Source of the DNA: an uncultured Alphaproteobacteria bacterium
GTDB taxonomy: Bacteria; Pseudomonadota; Alphaproteobacteria; Rs-D84
DNA length: 64,000 bases
NCBI GenBank assembly: GCA_944392815.1
Contig: CALXXY010000001.1
Location: 128,001-192,000 of the forward strand
Direction: 5' to 3'
Of the stretch, positions 60,427 through 64,000 are shown piece by piece. Positions within the stretch are counted from its first letter, which is position 1, and every line of letters begins with the position of its first letter. The notes under the pieces are model-generated. The model saw nothing but the letters and a program-made list of their open reading frames with translations. It ran no database searches and had not been told where the DNA came from. The position numbers and the translations under genes were made by a program.

Positions 60427-60607
60427 ATATTTTCCTGTTTTTCAATACTGATTTTATTATTCATTTTATATAAAAGCAATTTATTTTATTATGAAAACTG
60501 GCATCGGGTTTTTGGGCAGAGTATATAGTTGTGATGAAATTGGGCGGATTGTTGGCAACTGGCGATATACACTGGTAATATCGTCCGCAAAGATCGCCAG
60601 AAACGGG

Positions 60608-60645
60608 GCGAAAAAGAACATCCCGTGTGATTGCCACGGGATGTC
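60608..60645 (-). terminator. Terminator downstream of tRNA-Ser
   Basis: ACATCCCGTG/CACGGGATGT hairpin with a T-run on the minus strand. Confidence 0.65.
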
Positions 60646-60654
60646 AGATATTAC

Positions 60655-60744
60655 TGGCGGATGGGGAGGGATTCGAACCCCCGGTGGAGTTGCCCCCACA
60701 ACGGTTTTCAAGACCGTCGCAATCGACCGCTCTGCCACCCATCC
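60655..60744 (-). tRNA. tRNA-Ser(TGA)
   Basis: 90-nt cloverleaf with long variable arm, anticodon loop CTTGAAA, CCA. Confidence 0.96.
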
Positions 60745-60957
60745 TAAACTTTTTTACCGACGGTCTCTCAAACCTACGGTTGTGTTCGCTGACCGCTACC
60801 CAACGGTGCCGGCAAAACGTCACGAACGCGCGTATTATACAGTACTGGGGGCGTGTTGTCAATTCATCTGTTGGAGGAAAATTATTACGCTTGCGAACGT
60901 GCGGGTATATGATATCATTATCCCCATGGAGAGGGCCAACATAAAAGGCAATAAAAC

Positions 60958-61971
60958 ATGGCTAAATCTATTTTGGTGACTGGTGGCGCGGGATTCATAG
61001 GTTCGAATTTTGTTCCGTATTTTGCAAAAAAATATCCTGAATATCGTATATTTAACCTGGACAAATTGACTTATGCGGCAAATTTGGACAATTTGGCGGA
61101 ATGTCGCGATATGCCGAATTATAAATTTATCCAGGGCGACATTTGCGATGCAAATTTGGTTGACGCCATATTCCAAGATTGCGATATTCGTGGCGTTATT
61201 CATTTCGCAGCCGAAAGCCATGTTGACAATTCCATAACCGGGCCGCGCGCTTTTATTAATACAAATGTTATGGGGACGACCAATTTATTGGAATCCGCAC
61301 GTGGTCATTGGATGGACGCGCCACACCGCGTAAAACCCGGTCATGAATCCGACAGATTTCATCATATTTCCACAGACGAGGTTTACGGTGCGTTGGGTTC
61401 GACGGGGCTGTTTACGGAAACCACGCCATATGACCCCAGCAGTCCATATTCTGCGTCCAAGGCCGCGTCTGACCACCTGGTCAGTGCATGGCACCGCACG
61501 TTTGGGTTAAATACAACCATATCGAATTGTTCGAATAACTATGGTCCGAAACAGCACCCTGAAAAATTAATCCCGAAAATTATTCAAAATTGTGTTAATT
61601 GGCAACCGATACCTATCTATGGGCGCGGTGAAAACGTTCGCGATTGGCTGTATGTGTTGGATCATGCGCGCGCGATTGATTTAATTTTCCACAATGGCCG
61701 TGCGGGGCAAACATATAACATAGGCGGACATAACGAACGCACCAATATGCAGATAGTAAATACTATCTGTGCCATTATGGATAAAAAAATGCCGCGGCAA
61801 TCGGGAAAGTATTCAGATTTAATCACTTTTGTTGCGGACAGACCGGGTCATGATTTGCGATATGCAATTGACGCATCGAAACTGGAACGCGAGTTGGGTT
61901 GGCGTGCGAATGAAACGTTTGATCGTGGAATCGTAAAAACTGTTGATTGGTATTTACAAAAATCGCGTTAA
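60958..61971 (+). CDS. rfbB: dTDP-glucose 4,6-dehydratase
   Basis: TGGAGFIG, AAESHVD, STDEVYG, YSASK, RPGHD.RYA. Confidence 0.96.
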   Translation: MAKSILVTGGAGFIGSNFVPYFAKKYPEYRIFNLDKLTYAANLDNLAECRDMPNYKFIQGDICDANLVDAIFQDCDIRGVIHFAAESHVDNSITGPRAFINTNVMGTTNLLESARGHWMDAPHRVKPGHESDRFHHISTDEVYGALGSTGLFTETTPYDPSSPYSASKAASDHLVSAWHRTFGLNTTISNCSNNYGPKQHPEKLIPKIIQNCVNWQPIPIYGRGENVRDWLYVLDHARAIDLIFHNGRAGQTYNIGGHNERTNMQIVNTICAIMDKKMPRQSGKYSDLITFVADRPGHDLRYAIDASKLERELGWRANETFDRGIVKTVDWYLQKSR

Positions 61972-61996
61972 AAAATGCCGGCATTTGCCGGCGTTT

Positions 61997-62266
61997 TTAT
62001 TTTGTTCTGTACGCGTCAGATATTTTTTTCAGACACAGTGATTTTATATCCATACATTCGCGCGCATAATCAGGCCACACAAACGGTACATCACGCGGCG
62101 TGCCGTGTGCCAATGTCCAATATACGCCATGGCCACGCGTGTCCTGGCACTGCATTTTATAACATGCCTGGTGATAATTGTTAAAACAACACGCATCGCA
62201 TTTTGCGCCAGTGGATTTATTTGCGATTAATAATTCATTTAAATCAGATACGGAATCATATTTCAT
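61997..62266 (-). CDS. Small Cys-rich hypothetical protein
   Basis: Starts 2 nt after the lgt stop; CDACC..C...C. Confidence 0.5.
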   Translation of the reverse strand: MKYDSVSDLNELLIANKSTGAKCDACCFNNYHQACYKMQCQDTRGHGVYWTLAHGTPRDVPFVWPDYARECMDIKSLCLKKISDAYRTK

Positions 62267-62268
62267 TT

Positions 62269-63099
62269 TTATTTACCCCTTTTGAAAGCAACAGCGCACA
62301 CAACCGCGCCGGCGATAAACATTATCGCACTTAACAATTGTCCCATGGTCAGGCCCCAACTGGTTAAAAAACCTATTTGCACATCTGGGGCACGGAATTG
62401 TTCACAAAATATGCGAAACACAGCGTACAGCATCGCCAACACGCCGCCCAGTGCGCCCGGGTATTTACGCAATTTTGTAAAACGATACAGGCAATACATG
62501 ATGATGAACAGTAATATGCCCTCGGTCGCGGCCTCGTACAAAGGGCTGGGGTGGCGCGGAAGTGGCGTTTGACCGGCAAACACCACCGCCCAGGGCACAT
62601 CTGTGGGACGTCCCATAACCTCGATATTAATAAAATTGGCAATTCGGCCGAAAAACAGGCCAATGGGTGTAATCACCGCCAAAATATCCAGAATGTTAAA
62701 TGCTGTTTTATATGTGCCACCAGATATTGCGCCACGACGATTTTGTGACACAGCGAATAAAAATACCGCGACAATGACACCCACCAGGCCGCCATGGAAA
62801 CTCATTCCGCCGTGCCATACAGCAAAAATTTCCAGCGGGTGCGCGATAAAAAACGGCAGGTTATACAGCAACACATATCCCAATCGGCCACCGATTATAA
62901 CGCCCAATATAATTGCGGTCAGCAAATCGTCCAACTGTTTTTTATCCAGTTTTATTTGACTGTCGTCACGGCGTGTGAACGCGCGCAGCATAAAATATCC
63001 AATCACAAATGCCGCAACATAGGCCAGCGCATACCAGCGAATATCCAGCCCAAAGACTGAAAACGCCACAGGCGAAATCGGGTTAATCATTATTGCCAT
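62269..63099 (-). CDS. lgt: Prolipoprotein diacylglyceryl transferase
   Basis: RWYAL, GGRLGY, GGMSFHGG, GRIANFIN.E, RHPSPLYE. Confidence 0.96.
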   Translation of the reverse strand: MAIMINPISPVAFSVFGLDIRWYALAYVAAFVIGYFMLRAFTRRDDSQIKLDKKQLDDLLTAIILGVIIGGRLGYVLLYNLPFFIAHPLEIFAVWHGGMSFHGGLVGVIVAVFLFAVSQNRRGAISGGTYKTAFNILDILAVITPIGLFFGRIANFINIEVMGRPTDVPWAVVFAGQTPLPRHPSPLYEAATEGILLFIIMYCLYRFTKLRKYPGALGGVLAMLYAVFRIFCEQFRAPDVQIGFLTSWGLTMGQLLSAIMFIAGAVVCAVAFKRGK

Positions 63100-63179
63100 A
63101 GTTTTATCCTGTAAATGATATAACTTGAATTAATGCCCGAATTGTATTATATAATGCAGTGACTAACAAGGAGAAAAAC

Positions 63180-63923
63180 ATGGCAGTAAAAAATGTCGCA
63201 ATTAAAACCAAACCTGACGCCATTCGGCATGCTCAATCCGATGGTGGTATTGGTGTATATTTAAAAAGAATTTTCGCGCTGATGTTCGGCGCGGTTGCAG
63301 TGACGGCGCTGACGTCGTGGTTGACCATATTCACCCCGCTGGGCGGCATATTGGTGACGGCGCACGGCAGTTTGTCTGCCATGTATTACGTGCTGTTGTT
63401 TGGTGGATTGGCATTGTCCATCTGGGCCCAGGCGCGTGCGTTCAGTTTCAAACCGTCAACAGGTGCGCTGTTGTTATTCCTGTACGCAATTATTATCGGC
63501 ATAGTTATATCGCCGATGTTGCTGTACGTCAGTGTATCTAATCCGATGTCAATTCCGATGGCGTTTGGCATTGCGGCCGCTATGTTCGCGTGCATGGCGC
63601 TGTTCGGATATAAAACGGTTAAAAACCTGTCGTTTTTGGGAATCTTTCTGTTTATGGGCATGATTGGGTTGGTGCTGGTTGGATTGGCGTCTTTGATATG
63701 GCCGGTAATTGTCAGCGGCACATTTGGCACAATCGTATCCATTATTGGTGTGTTGGTATTCGCCCTGTTTACCGCATACGATATGCAAACGCTGAAAAAT
63801 GCGTACGCAATGGGTGGGGACGACACACGTAAAAATCAGTTGGCTGTGCTGGGGGCATTGCAACTGTACATTTCTTTTGTTGCACTGTTCCAATACATTT
63901 TGGATTTGTTCAACAGAAATTAA
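63180..63923 (+). CDS. Bax inhibitor-1/YccA family membrane protein
   Basis: Multiple TMs, TAYDMQ..K, GALQLY..F. Confidence 0.88.
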   Translation: MAVKNVAIKTKPDAIRHAQSDGGIGVYLKRIFALMFGAVAVTALTSWLTIFTPLGGILVTAHGSLSAMYYVLLFGGLALSIWAQARAFSFKPSTGALLLFLYAIIIGIVISPMLLYVSVSNPMSIPMAFGIAAAMFACMALFGYKTVKNLSFLGIFLFMGMIGLVLVGLASLIWPVIVSGTFGTIVSIIGVLVFALFTAYDMQTLKNAYAMGGDDTRKNQLAVLGALQLYISFVALFQYILDLFNRN

Positions 63924-63957
63924 TTAACCAAATAACCAAGTAATATGGAGTTATAAA

Positions 63958-64000
63958 ATGGCTTATAAAATCGATCCTGCGAAATGCATTGGTTGTCACA
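63958..64000 (+). CDS. 4Fe-4S ferredoxin (5' part, runs off the window)
   Basis: MAYKIDPAKCIGCH; GGAG RBS. Confidence 0.75.
   Translation, partial: MAYKIDPAKCIGCH

Larger units (their letters stand above)
41825..60654. mobile_element. Genomic island integrated at the tRNA-Ser 3' end (serine recombinase, terminase module, defence and glycosylation cargo)
   Basis: Flanked by TGGCGGA at 41818-41824 and 60655-60661; visibly AT-richer than its flanks; recombinase inside. Confidence 0.85.

Noticed and set aside
3714-63893. Numerous 60-250 aa antisense or alternative-frame ORFs in the ORF track
   Set aside because: Shadow ORFs overlapping well-supported genes, tRNAs or repeats, with no motifs or RBS

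Overview
Chromosomal window from what looks like a small-genome, probably anaerobic alphaproteobacterium. This is inferred from priA, miaA, gap, parC, zapA, radC-map-holA-lptE, class III RNR, lgt and a SAM-II riboswitch. The window has four tRNAs (Asp, Glu, Leu, Ser). The left end (1-3800) is AT-rich. It holds a SAM-II-controlled metK, an array of about 11 TTCAA-N7-TTGAA palindromes, and a ~507-bp inverted duplication carrying two copies of a stand-alone HTH gene; a third HTH paralogue at 12.5 kb has the same site upstream. A ~18.8-kb AT-rich island (41825-60654) is integrated at the 3' end of tRNA-Ser. It carries a large serine recombinase with a DUF2924-like partner and a ParB-MTase/TerS/TerL packaging module with no capsid or portal genes. 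Its cargo is a two-MTase + HNH restriction system, a GHKL-ATPase/nuclease, and an unusual NDK-NUDIX-glycosyltransferase-kinase-HAD cluster. The window also contains a Slam/T11SS locus with two surface lipoproteins, a split NrdD, tRNA-linked fold-back repeats and a family of GC-rich palindromic intergenic repeats. All calls come from reading motifs by eye; no database searches were run.
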